A stretch of 64,000 nucleotides of DNA. Source: Octopus sinensis. Its lineage: Eukaryota. The notes beneath the pieces are model-generated. The model ran no database searches, was not told the DNA's origin, and saw only the letters and a list, made by a program, of their open reading frames with translations. Every line of letters begins with the position of its first letter. The first letter of the stretch is position 1. A program made the position numbers and the translations under genes. This document shows positions 13,835 to 25,725 of the stretch, one piece after another. The stretch lies in assembly GCF_006345805.1 (NCBI RefSeq), contig NC_043008.1, forward strand, positions 1,302,001 through 1,366,000. The letters run 5' to 3'.

Positions 13835-14545
13835 TTTAGGTGGATAAATGCAAATTGAAACCAAACCGTCGCTAGAATAAGAGTCAAATAACTCTTAGCC
13901 ATGAACAGAGTAATTCTATAACTGATAAGAGAGGCAAACTCCCACAGCAAGCAGGAGCACCATATCGGCCGGCTGATATTATGTGTGTGTTCGTGTGCGT
14001 ATACATGCGTGTGTGCGTGTTCCTGTACGTGTGTGTGTGTACTTGATTATGCCTGCAAGAGCGTGAGTTTTCCTGAATTTAATTGTGTATCTGTGTTCAA
14101 TAGAATTCGCTTTATCACGATTTCCCTTTTTCTTGTAACTATCGCCAAATTAACTTTGCTTCGCTTGGCACGTTCAAAGGCTATTCTCAATTCGAAATGT
14201 ATCCGCAATAAAATTCGATGTTAAGTTGAGTCTCAGAAAACTCTATTATTTTCACAATGTAGAAATTAGTGAATTATCAATTGAGAAAAAAAAAGAGACT
14301 TAATTTTTGTCTCTAAATCCAATTTCGTTGCTTTAATAAAGAAGTGGTTACATCTCTAATGTAATTCGCTAGTTGCCACCATTGATTTCATCAGTCCTTC
14401 CATAATACTTATTGTTTGAATGATATGCCTCTTACGTAGATTTTCCCCTCGATATAATGTGCTAAACAATGATTTGATTGAAATGGACTAGAAATGGACT
14501 TAATCGAAACAATTCTGTTTCTACACGTTATCATTTTACTATCGG

Positions 14546-14548
<3 letters not shown>

Positions 14549-14576
<28 letters not shown>

Positions 14577-14643
14577 AATAATAATAATAATAATAATGAT
14601 GATAATGATGATGATGATGATGATGATAATAATAATAATAATG

Positions 14644-14708
<65 letters not shown>
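14549..14708. repeat. (AAT)n/(GAT)n trinucleotide array
   Basis: Directly visible; source of poly-N, poly-I and poly-L ORFs. Confidence 0.95.
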
Positions 14709-14710
<2 letters not shown>

Positions 14711-15228
14711 AGAATTTAGTACAACTCGTTTTGGTAACTTTCGGTGTAAAATAAAATAAAACAAAACGATGGTGATACATTATTACCAGATAAATGTTTT
14801 GACTAAGTTTTCTCGTGGATTTCTATCAGTAACACCAAAGTTATTAACGAAACGTTCAAAATGGCATTTGCTAAAATATTGGCGAGTGATTTGACTTTGA
14901 TTTTTGGATGACTTGACTTAAGGTGAAAGCAGATTCTGCCTAGTAGAAGAGATAGAGTCATTGGGAAAATACGGAATCACTTATATAATTGCATTACCTA
15001 ACCATTACCATATTTACCGTTGTTGTGAAACCTCGTTTCACATCTAATCGAGCGCATCGCTGAGAATTGGCATTTCATTGATGAGCTCACCATCATGTTG
15101 CAAGTATCTATGTTTACAAGAAAAGTATTCGCTTTTTTAAAGGATCGGTTTTCAGTGGTATTTGTATCAATATCTAATTACCATACTCAGTTAGTTTCCC
15201 TTCTGTTACGGTTATTTCACTTTAATTC

Positions 15229-15290
<62 letters not shown>

Positions 15291-15447
15291 CTATATTCAT
15301 GTTATTACCTCATTCAGCGTAAGCGTGATATACGGAAAAATAGGGAAATTAAAATAAGGAGCAGAAGAGTATTGTAGAATGTAACCACATATAGATGTGT
15401 ATATGTGTGTGAGTCTCTCTCTCTCTCTCTCTCTCTATAATATATAT

Positions 15448-15518
<71 letters not shown>

Positions 15519-17210
15519 GTGTATGTGTGTGCTTGCGAGCGGGTGTGTATGTGTGTGCAAGTGCCAACGTGTGTTTCTAATTATTTATGGGAGCGAAAGT
15601 ATTTGGTGAGAAAGAGATAGGAGATAAAACTTCCAACTAATTCTATGAGTTTCACAGAATCTCCTAGATTGTGTTCTATTTCTAGCCTTCTCACTTCATC
15701 ATCAATTGTCTAGATAATACATATCGTATACTCCGTTATATCACCTTAAAATACCTTCGTACCTCCTTTTATAAAGGATACCATATTCAAAGTGAGTTTC
15801 GTTACTTACTTTCGTGTCAAGATACTCGGAAATTTCATTGTTGTAGGATTTTTTTTCTCGCGTACACGATGCTGTATTAAACGTTCTGCGCTACGGAAAA
15901 GATATCCAATCAGTGTTTCTGGTAGAATCATTGGCACTATCTTTATTATCAGCAATAACGTTATAAAAAAAAAAGAAAAAAGAGAGAAATACCTTAATAA
16001 AAGTACTGATAAATATTTCATTAGATGCATTGATACGAATATGCAAATATAATTATCTTTCATAATGCGTTTTCGAAGCATGAGGGATTTTTATGTTTGT
16101 TCATTTCGTGAAATATTCATTGACTTAAATTCAATTACAAGAATCTGAACAATATTCAAAGATGGTAAAGTTTAAAGAATCAATCCATAAATATATTTTG
16201 TAGCATTTCTGTTTTATTAAGCTTAAATATACAAATTTAAAGAACCCTTATGTTTTTGTGTAATTCTTACAATATATGCAAGATATTTCTCATGGAAATG
16301 TTATATTATCTATCAAAATATGCATTAAACATTAGCTTCCGCAATTTAAGAAAATATCTTCATGTAATATTATACAGAAATTTATACAGAAAGTAAATAT
16401 CTTCCTAAAACAAGCGAAACGCATGTAGAAATATATGCACAGACATACTTGTCTCTATGTAATTCAGTGACACATATCCTTTCATATATGTGCACATAAT
16501 ATATATATAAGTGTGCGTATGTGTGGATATATGTATTCTTATGCGTCTAATGTAAGTGTATATTTATGCAAACTCGCATACCTATATAAATATATGAATG
16601 TATATATGTGTGCACATGTATGTGTATTTGTGATTTAGTGTGTCTACTTGCTCGCGAATGAGGAAATCATACACCGGTATGTCAATGCTACAGCGACACT
16701 GCTCAGGATATAGCTACATATAAAGAGAAAAGGAGACACATTGGCGTGGGAAGAATCGAGATTTTCTCGGATTTACACATCACATTCCATGTGCTCCCAC
16801 AAATGTGGAACTGTTGTAAATATTACTGGAATGTCACTAAAGCGATTGTTATTCCTCTACGTATACGACGCTTTCTTTTGGTATTTCGAGTAACCTGAGT
16901 CTTCATTAGCATTTGAAATGATAATCTCAATCATAGACATGTTACACAAAGTAACGAGCACAGGAACGTGACAGGGACAGAAGCGTATGTGACAAAACTA
17001 ATCGTTACTCCTTGCAGCTGTTTGACCGGAAGCAAAAATATAGATTAAGAAATTAACTGGGTCCCAGTATCTACTTTCTTTATTACCCACTAGGGGCGCT
17101 GGGTCCCAGTATCTACGAACATGATAAGTTTCAATTACGAGTAATATTTTCCGTGCGTATTTGCGTAATATTTAAATACATGTACACGCACTCACATAGC
17201 TTCCTGTCTA

Positions 17211-17586
17211 GTTGCACTCCGTCGGTTACGTCGACGAGGGTTCAAATCGATCCTATCGACGGAACAGCCTGCTCGTGATATTAACGTATAAGTGGCCGAG
17301 CATGCCATAGACACATGTAACATTAACGTAGATCTCGGGTACATACAGTGTGACACAGTGTGTCACAAGGTTGGCACTTCGAAATACATGTACAGCAGAA
17401 ACAGGAAGAAAGCGTTAGAGAAATGTGTGGTGAAAGAGTACAGCAGGGTTCGCAACCACCCCTGCCGGAGCTTAGTAGAGCTTTAGGAGTTTTCTATCAA
17501 TAAACACTCAGACACGGTCTGGAAAACGAAACCGTGATGCCACGACCACGTGTCTGCTGCCCTAACCACTGGGCCATTGCGCCTCT
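17211..17586 (-). mobile_element. tRNA-derived SINE, family A head with a different 3' tail
   Basis: Reverse complement begins AGAGGCGCAATGGCCCAGTGGTTAGGGCAGC and contains GCTCCGGCAGGGG...CCCTGCTGTACTCTTTCACCAC as at 5745. The distal half differs. Confidence 0.8.
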
Positions 17587-18111
17587 TCATAGCAATCTGT
17601 ACGCAGTTGAGCACACTCTCACATGCTCGCAGATTCGCTGACAGTAATATAATTGGAAAGTAGATGAATCAGCAGCTTTCATAAGAAATTACATTTATTT
17701 CTCTGGTGGAGTGTTCAGGAAATCTGCGGGTGGCAAGAAACTTATCGGAATATTTATAAATCTATATGAATATTCATCACTAAGTTACGTGTGTGTGAGC
17801 GTGTACTTGCTGCTATCCACTTTTCAGTTTCTCTCCCGTGGTTAGTATATATACATACATACATATATCTATGCATGTGCGCTCGCATACATAGAGATAC
17901 ACAGAGATATACACCCACGCTTACCCACACACTCACACACACGCACGTACATTTACAGAATAACAAACTGTTAAATATCAGTGAACCTTTCTGTCATTTC
18001 GACCTACGGATGTTTATGTTGTGTTTTTCGATGAGTTGCTTCATAATGATTTTAGCGCTGGACATGATAGAGATGGCAATAGCAATGATGACGATTACGA
18101 TGATTAAAATA

Positions 18112-18370
18112 TCATTATCATCATCGTCATCATCATCGTCATCGTCATCATCATCACCACTATCTAAAGCTTCTTATTCATGTTTACATGGTTCCGACGT
18201 GTTGACTGGAAATGGCATGGCCAGTCGTCGCACCAGGATTTCATAGTTTGTTTTTAAGATTGGTTTCTACGTCTATATGCCCTTCCTAACGTCAAACACT
18301 TTATAGAAAGTATTGGGTGCATTTTACGTGGCCCCATCAACAGTGTATTTCATGAAACACCAGCACTTAC
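18112..18370 (-). mobile_element. decayed retroposon 3' tail ending in (ATG)n
   Basis: (CAT)n array followed by a ...TGCCCTTCCTAACGTCAAACAC...TGGGTGCATTTTACGTGGC motif, which I recall as a common LINE/SINE 3' sequence. Family not assignable by eye. Confidence 0.45.
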
Positions 18371-19842
18371 ACCAACACCGTTTACGTCGTACCTTGGTTT
18401 ACGATCTTAATTCTGTTTACGTGGGTACATGTCTTACAATATGGCCATAACTCAAACTTTCTTGCAAGAAAATTCTAAGTTTATTCTTTATTGGAATATT
18501 AAGTGCACCTACTCGGAAGTGCAGAGAATCATTCTTCATGTGGATCTAGGGTTACGTTAGATGCTGCTTAGAACTACTTCAGGCTTGAGTTGAGAATAGT
18601 TTGCATTCCTAAGTGAACAGACCCAACATGTAGAAGTCGCTGGATATAGAAAGCCGAACACAGTGACTCATTCACTAAATGTTGTTTTCTGCACAAAATA
18701 TGCTAATGTATATTTAAATTCGTTAACGAGCTACTTGATAGTATCTTTAAAATGTTCAGTAATTAAAGAGCTGTGAATATAGATTTGAAAGAACAACAGA
18801 AAGAATTGTGGAAAATGAACGCGTCAATAGCAATGATGGCGGTAACTGCAGCATCGGTGTTGATGCAGATTAGCAGAATAGGATTTTTACATTATGTTCT
18901 TTTCACTGAAAAGAAAATATAATTATGATGTCACAGTTAGTTTAACTTTAATTCTTAGTAACCAGCAATTCCTATTTCCTTTTAAAGATTTCGTGACGAA
19001 GCAAGCTGATTTAATATTCTTGTGAGCATGCCCTGAAGAAATCTAAATAAGAAACCAAATGAACTATTACTCTCTATAATACATGGTGTTTCCTTTCAAT
19101 TTTTAACTTCACCACCTGGTCAATAAAATGCTTTCGTTGGCTTCCTTTAATTTTACATTGTATTTTACCTCATTTAAATTTGGTTTCCTTTCGAAATATT
19201 CTTCTGTTCTTAATCATTTCGTTGTCAGTCAATTTTACGAAATTTTTCATGAAATAAAAATGAAAAAAGAAGTAACATGCTAAAAATAATTTGGAATAAA
19301 ACGCACCAAAAATATTCAAACGTAAAAAAATATGTACAAGAGCATTTTCAGAGTATTTAAATTTAAATAAGATAGAGAGATTTACCTGGGGGCGATATTG
19401 CGTTTGAAATGACAGAGCTAGTGAATAGTAGATTATATTTTAAGAGCATTATATTTTAAATCGTGACCCATTTCCTACGGAAGCTAATAACGGTTACGAA
19501 AAAGAGGACGACAAAAGACAGAGAAATGTGTCATTTTATAGTAATGCTTATTACTAAAAATTCAAATCTACAAAATAAATTAGAAAACTATTAGAGAAGA
19601 ACTGATGGATCTCATCCAGCCTCTCATGATCGACAGATTACAGCATGTATTCTACAGCGCAATATGGGAGTTACGTGAAGCAGAAAGCGCCTGAATCAGA
19701 ATGATAATAAGGAGGCATAATTTTAATTCAATGGTAGTTTGCAGGACATCGTAAGCTCTCGCAACTGTCTGACGGACGGAAGCGAGAAAATCTGAGTGAC
19801 AGTTCGTTCTGTGATAATTTTGCGGCATAAATAAAAAGTGTG

Positions 19843-19879
<37 letters not shown>

Positions 19880-20066
19880 ATAAATGGTGGGGTTGTGTTG
19901 ACCGCACGTGGAGAAATGATAAGTAAGGAAAAATTTTTTTTAAAAATGCAGAATGCTCAAATGAAACAAAATTTTAATAAAATGAGAAAATGATAAAATA
20001 TATAAATGTATATTTATTCAACCGGTTTTCGTCATTGTATGACTTATATATATATATATATATATA

Positions 20067-20462
20067 GTGGCTATGTCATAGGAAGCTTACTTTCCAACCA
20101 CATGGTTCAGGGTTCAGTCCTACTGCATAACAGCTTGGGCAAGTGTCTCCTACTATAACGTCGGCCGACCAGAGCCTTATGAGTAGATTTGGACGACGGA
20201 AACTGGAAGCCAGTTGTATATGTGTATTAATGTGTTTGTTTGTGTGTATCTTCGTGTCTGTGTTTCTTCCTTGAACATCGCCTGAGAAACCAATGATGGT
20301 GTGTTCGCGTCCTCGTACTCTAGCAGTTCGGCAGAAGACTTCGATAGAATAAGTTCTAGGCTTACGAAGAATAAGTCCTGGGTTCGATTTCTTCGATTAA
20401 AAATTTAAATTGATGCCCCAGCATTGCCGCACTCAAATGACTGAAACAAATAAGAGAATAAA
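20067..20462 (+). mobile_element. tRNA-derived SINE (family C)
   Basis: Head GTGGCTATGTC...GGGTTCAGTCC, core TTGGGCAAGTGTCTCCTACTATA, tail ...AAATGACTGAAACAAATAAGAGAATAAAA; collinear with 59358-59787. Confidence 0.8.
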
Positions 20463-20467
20463 ACAAT

Positions 20468-20544
<77 letters not shown>

Positions 20545-21784
20545 ATCTAAAGGAATAAGGAGTTGGTACTTTACTACTTTTCTGATACTCTCCAGATCAG
20601 TCTAAACACTTCAAATAATATGGAACGCAAGCAATGCTTCAGATAAAGAATTAAATTGTACTAAAATCGATAGGTAAATAATGAATTAGCTTCAGTGGAT
20701 CTGATTCGGTTTACAGACTGTATAATCAAGACATGATAATGAAGAATGGAGACTTAAACTTGTTCCATATTTATTTTTCTTTATATTCTCTTCCTACAAG
20801 GGAGCTGCATAAGCATTCTTTTGTCCTTTGACATACCAGCTATATGCATTTAGATGATTGATATTGAATCAATTCCAGCACATTCAAATCTAAACGTTGA
20901 CAGTCTTATGCACGTTTTGTCGAGTTGTTTCCTCATAAAGGTGGGTGAAGCGAACTGAAGAAACAAGTATTATGTATATATACTAAAAGCATATTTTCGG
21001 TAAGAGAACATGTCATATCCGGATAAAGAAGAGTGGAGATAGTAGTAAAATTTGCCATGCCCCCAGCTGTTGATATCATTTAAACTTAGACTGAGCTTTT
21101 CAGACATTAAAGTAACAGATCCGTTTAGTGCATGTAGTTGTAAAAGACAGGATAAGTTCAAACTACTGAGTAATTACACATCATCAGATAACATGATATA
21201 AGATCAACGGATACATTTAAAGAAAAACGTAAGAAATAGGAAACGAATATTGTTGTACTTGGTTAATTTGTCGATAATAATAGCTTATATCTTGTTGTGT
21301 AATGTTAAAAGTTCAATACGAATTGAATTGAATACAGTAAAACTCCATGATTTTTTTCCCTTTTGTGAAATGCATAAAATCAAATGGTGTGAAATTTACT
21401 ATGGTTCATTTTGGGGGCAGATGCTCGACCATTCAGAGATTGATGTAGTAAATATTGACTTTTGGACATGTGTTTGTCAGACAGCATCATGGCATGCTAT
21501 GTCGTAAGCAGCACGTTCTCTTTATAAAATGAAAACTAGAAAAGTGGTAACATGATTTCTAAACGATAGGAATCAGGCAGATGAAGCCAATGGCACCAAC
21601 ACTAGGGGAAAACAAATTCTGAGTATGATGTCCGGGTACAAAATCAATTTCCAATTTCGAACACAATATGCATAAAAAAATAGTTTCAGTTGTAATTCTT
21701 TCAAAAATATGCATAAATATAGCAAATTATAATAAGGTAGGCGTTGCCTGGAATAAATGGGGACTGGAATCAAAAGTGCAAGAG

Positions 21785-22629
21785 CAGTGTTCTCAAGTAG
21801 TGAACCTGGAACTGTACAGAACAAGCAGCAAATAAGCATGCTAAATACAAGACAAGAAGAAAACAAGAAACTTAAAATATTGCTGGTGAAGTAAAAATTT
21901 CCTAAAAAAAATCTGAAATAATTCATTAAATAGTTTGTACACTATTTCTTTTCTTCATATTTGTTAGCTTTTATTGCAATTTTTGCAAAATTCAAGTCAC
22001 TTTTTTAAAAACTTAAAATATTTCTTTGAATTAAGCTAAAATATTTTTTTTCTTAACAAAACTCATTATCCAAAAATTTTAAATTACAGATATTGCTATG
22101 AAATTAAAGTCGCTGAATATATATAGTTCAAGAGAGTAAAAAGTAATTAAAAAAATTACTTTCAGATAAACAAAGGAATTAATTTCTTTAAAGGTTGCAT
22201 TATGAGATAACAAAGTATTTTCTATTTACAGAGAGAAAAATATACGAAAAAATGGACGCTAATGAACAAATTGAAAGCAAAATGTAGAAATGCACAATAG
22301 CTTTAGAAAAAAGAAAAAAAACACTTCGGGTTATAATTGGCAATTGTGCTTAAATTGGTGTTATGCGATTTTTTAAATGTATATAATTGTAATATTAAAT
22401 TGTTAATGTGTAATCTAGCAGCCAATTAGCCTCTTCACTGATATTGAAAGTAAATATCTTCTTGTGTATTTTAATTTAAATCGTTAGGTAAAATATTTTT
22501 TTAAATATATAAAAGAGAATTTATTACTATTCTACTACCGTAGCAATATTCCAAGGTTTCTCTTGTAAATTTCCAGGTTTAATTATTGAATATTCTGTAT
22601 AGTTCCAGGTTCTGTACTTAAGAATATTT
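21785..22629. mobile_element. old non-autonomous TIR DNA transposon, hAT-like terminus
   Basis: 38-bp inverted ends CAGTGTTCTCAAGTAGTGAACCTGGAACTGTACAGAAC versus reverse complement AAATATTCTTAAGTACAGAACCTGGAACTATACAGAAT (30/38 identical); AT-rich interior; no 8-bp TSD found. Confidence 0.5.
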
Positions 22630-22666
22630 GAAGATCCTGTGCCGGCACTTTTCATCTCGGTATATA

Positions 22667-22730
<64 letters not shown>

Positions 22731-22746
22731 TAATATAAATATATAC

Positions 22747-23068
22747 AAGGATAGTCTCAAGTCTCTCTCAAAGACTTCTCCATCGGAACAGAGACCTGGG
22801 AGACACTTGCTGCCAACAGCTCATCCTGGCGCAGCGCAATCACCGTGGGAGCAGGGACAGCCGAGGAGGGACGGATTCGGTCAGGGAGCAGAAACGTCAG
22901 ATGCGTAAAGTCAGAGCCGCCTGCACCAGTAGCACTGCCCCTACCCACTTCTGCCCCACCTGTGGGAGGGGCTTCCAGCCCGGATTGGCCTCACCAGCCA
23001 CCTCCGGTCTCATGGCGGCAGTTCCATCAGATGATGTCAGTGGTCATCTTCGAACCGAAGGACGAACA
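22747..23068 (+). mobile_element. RTE (BovB-like) LINE 3' fragment: ORF C-terminus with C2H2 finger plus 3'UTR
   Basis: With three frameshifts it reads KDSLKS.LKDFSIGTETWETLAANSSSWRSAITVGAGTAEEGRIRS.EQKRQMRKVRAACTSSTAPTHFCPTCGRGF.ARIGLTSHLRSH; 3'UTR GGTCATCTTCGAACCGAAGGACGAACA; set inside (TA)n. Confidence 0.85.
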
Positions 23069-23080
23069 TAGTTATATATG

Positions 23081-23133
<53 letters not shown>

Positions 23134-23188
23134 CACATATATATATATACATATTATGCATATATATATACATATATATATATATATA

Positions 23189-23235
<47 letters not shown>

Positions 23236-23479
23236 TATATACATGTATTCATATAGATATAAATACAACATATATATATATTTATACATACATACACACA
23301 CATACACACACACATTCACACACACACACAAACACACACATACACGCACACACATATATATAATATATGTTCATATATATGTATGTATATATATAGTTTT
23401 ATTCTAACATTAATCATTTCCTCAATGTGGCAAGCTGACAAAATCGCTATGCGTCGGACGAAGTCCTTAGGCCTATTTT

Positions 23480-23630
23480 AACAGCCCTTACTTTCAGAGT
23501 TGAAGTTCCGAGGACGTTCACTTTACCCTCGCCCCTTTCAAGTGGGATACATTAAGTATCGGTTACTCACTGGGTTGATGTAATCGACTATCTCCTCCTT
23601 TGAAATAACTGGTCTTGTACCATAATTTGA
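23480..23630 (+). mobile_element. degenerate SINE family B fragment
   Basis: ...CATTAAGTATCGGTTACTCACTGGGTTGATGTAATCGACT... matches the core of 31737-31958. Confidence 0.55.
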
Positions 23631-23666
23631 AATTTATATATATATACAAATATATACATACATACC

Positions 23667-23698
<32 letters not shown>

Positions 23699-23760
23699 TA
23701 TATATATATTATATATATATATAACGGCGGTGCATCAGCATGGCCGCAGCTCTGAGCTGA

Positions 23761-23795
<35 letters not shown>

Positions 23796-24290
23796 GTGTG
23801 GTGCTATTAAGTTAGACATGGCCTGGGCCAATAATGGCCGAAACCTATCAAAGTATCAAAGTATATAACTGGCAATGTGTGTCTGCCTGTCAGTATGTGA
23901 GAATACATAAAACTCGCGAACTACCCAACAATTTTCATTCACATTTTACAAATGCATTACTTAGAATTCCTGGAGTGTCATGGCACAAAAGTAATTTTAA
24001 CGTATCCCCTAATGCCTGCCCGGAGCAACCCTTTATTCTGATTCGATATTACGTGTCAAAAGTGAATGTTGCTTCACTCTACTTTTCCAGCTTTAATTTC
24101 AATGTTATAAGACTATAATACGGTTTCACTTTTACTCTTTCACTTTTAATTCTAATGTGATAACATTAAGTCGAAGGTATATTAAAATACACATTTATCG
24201 TTCAATTACCAGTTAATAACTATCGCTCCATTTGCAAGATATTTACAATCACATATTAACCCCTAAAGTATCATTTAATACATGTGCCTA

Positions 24291-24332
<42 letters not shown>

Positions 24333-24614
24333 ATCTATAATAATTTTGGCATTTACCGTTAAATTAATGTTTTTGATTTCCATTACCATAATATAACATT
24401 TTATAGATATAATCTTTCTATATTCTTCACATTTTGTATGAGAATGATGTGTGCCTGTCAGTGTATGTGTGAGAGTGTATGAATCTGTCCCTCTGCCTGT
24501 GTTTGCGCGTTCGATACGTACGAGATAGTAGAACATACAACTGCTTACAAAAATAGAGGTGAATGTATATTTGTTCCATGTTCATACATTTTGATTACAA
24601 TATCGAAAAATTAT

Positions 24615-25135
24615 ATGCCAAAACAGAAAAAAAACATAATCGCTCCAAAAATATCTATCAAGCAAGGAGGATTGCAGAAAATCAGGGATAAGGGGGATGA
24701 GACTTTCTCAAAATCAGCAAAGGCATGCTGAAGTTGGTCGGATAGATTCTCAAGAGAGACGGGAGTTGAGACTTACCCAAGATCAAAAAGGCATGCTGAT
24801 GCACGTCTGATGGAATCTCAAGAGAGAAGGAAGATACGATTTTCTCAAGAACAGCAAAGACATGTAATAGTTAATGCCGAATCATTAGAACAACGTTAAA
24901 CACAGCAGATTACACAGAGGTCCAATAGAATTACTGTCAGAAACAGACCACGCACAAATTCATTCTTCACAATGTCTGGAGCTGCTTCAAGATATGATCC
25001 AGCCCATTCTCATAAAAATGGTAACTCTATCCAAATTGGTGCGTTGAACTCAAATTGGCGTTTTTTCAAAGCTTTAAAATTTACTCTACAAATGTTTTTA
25101 CGTCAATGCTGCACTTTGCAGTAGCACCTGTTTCA
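24615..25135 (+). mobile_element. Helitron Rep/Hel N-terminal fragment, pseudogenised
   Basis: Translation gives E/R/Q-rich repeats (RLSQNQQRHAEVGRIDSQERRELRLTQDQ.RHADARLMESQERRKIRFSQEQQRH) then AASRYDPAHSHKNGNSIQIGALNSNWRFFKALKFTLQMFLRQCC. This resembles the Helitron AFxYDP...IGxMxxxCxxCxALKF...CC motif. Truncated at (TA)n near 25147. Confidence 0.75.
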
Positions 25136-25259
25136 ACATAACTGTAATATATATATATATATATATATATACATAGAGAGAGAGAGAGAAAGAGAGAAAG
25201 AAAGAGAGGGAGGGAAAGAGAGAAAACAGACAGACACACCGACACACAGACAGAAGAGA

Positions 25260-25725
25260 TCGTGCGATTGATAATTTGCTGCCATTTTATACTTCTATCG
25301 TTTGTTTTTGATTTGGCGACTACACAGTACGGTAGGGTCAGTTGGCCACCGTCTGCAAAAGAGAGCAGCATGACGCAATTCACTCAGCTAGAAATTTGGA
25401 AACGACATGATATACAGCTTGGCATTCACGCCCGAAGCTCCATTACGAATATATCAGAATGTCTGGGTTTCAATGTGAGCTCACTGCAATATGAGGACAT
25501 GTACCAAGAGTGATAAAATGTATACATCCAGTCAACATCATGCTGGTTGGAGTGATCACCAGTGATGACGTAATGCCTCCATTCATCTTCCCACACGGCT
25601 TCAGACTTAATACGGAGACCTACATCAAGTGCCTGGAGGAGGTGTGCGCTACCCTGGGTAGAGAATGTGGCTACTGGAAGACCCTATGTCTGACAAAGTT
25701 TATCCGCACCAAAATACACAAGTAG
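25260..25725 (+). mobile_element. internally deleted Tc1/mariner (maT/DD37D-like) transposase remnant
   Basis: N-terminal MTQFTQLEIWKRHDIQLGIHARSSITNISECLG is joined directly to a catalytic-region segment HPVNIMLVGVITSDDVMPPFIFPHGFRLNTETYIKCLEEV. Confidence 0.7.
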
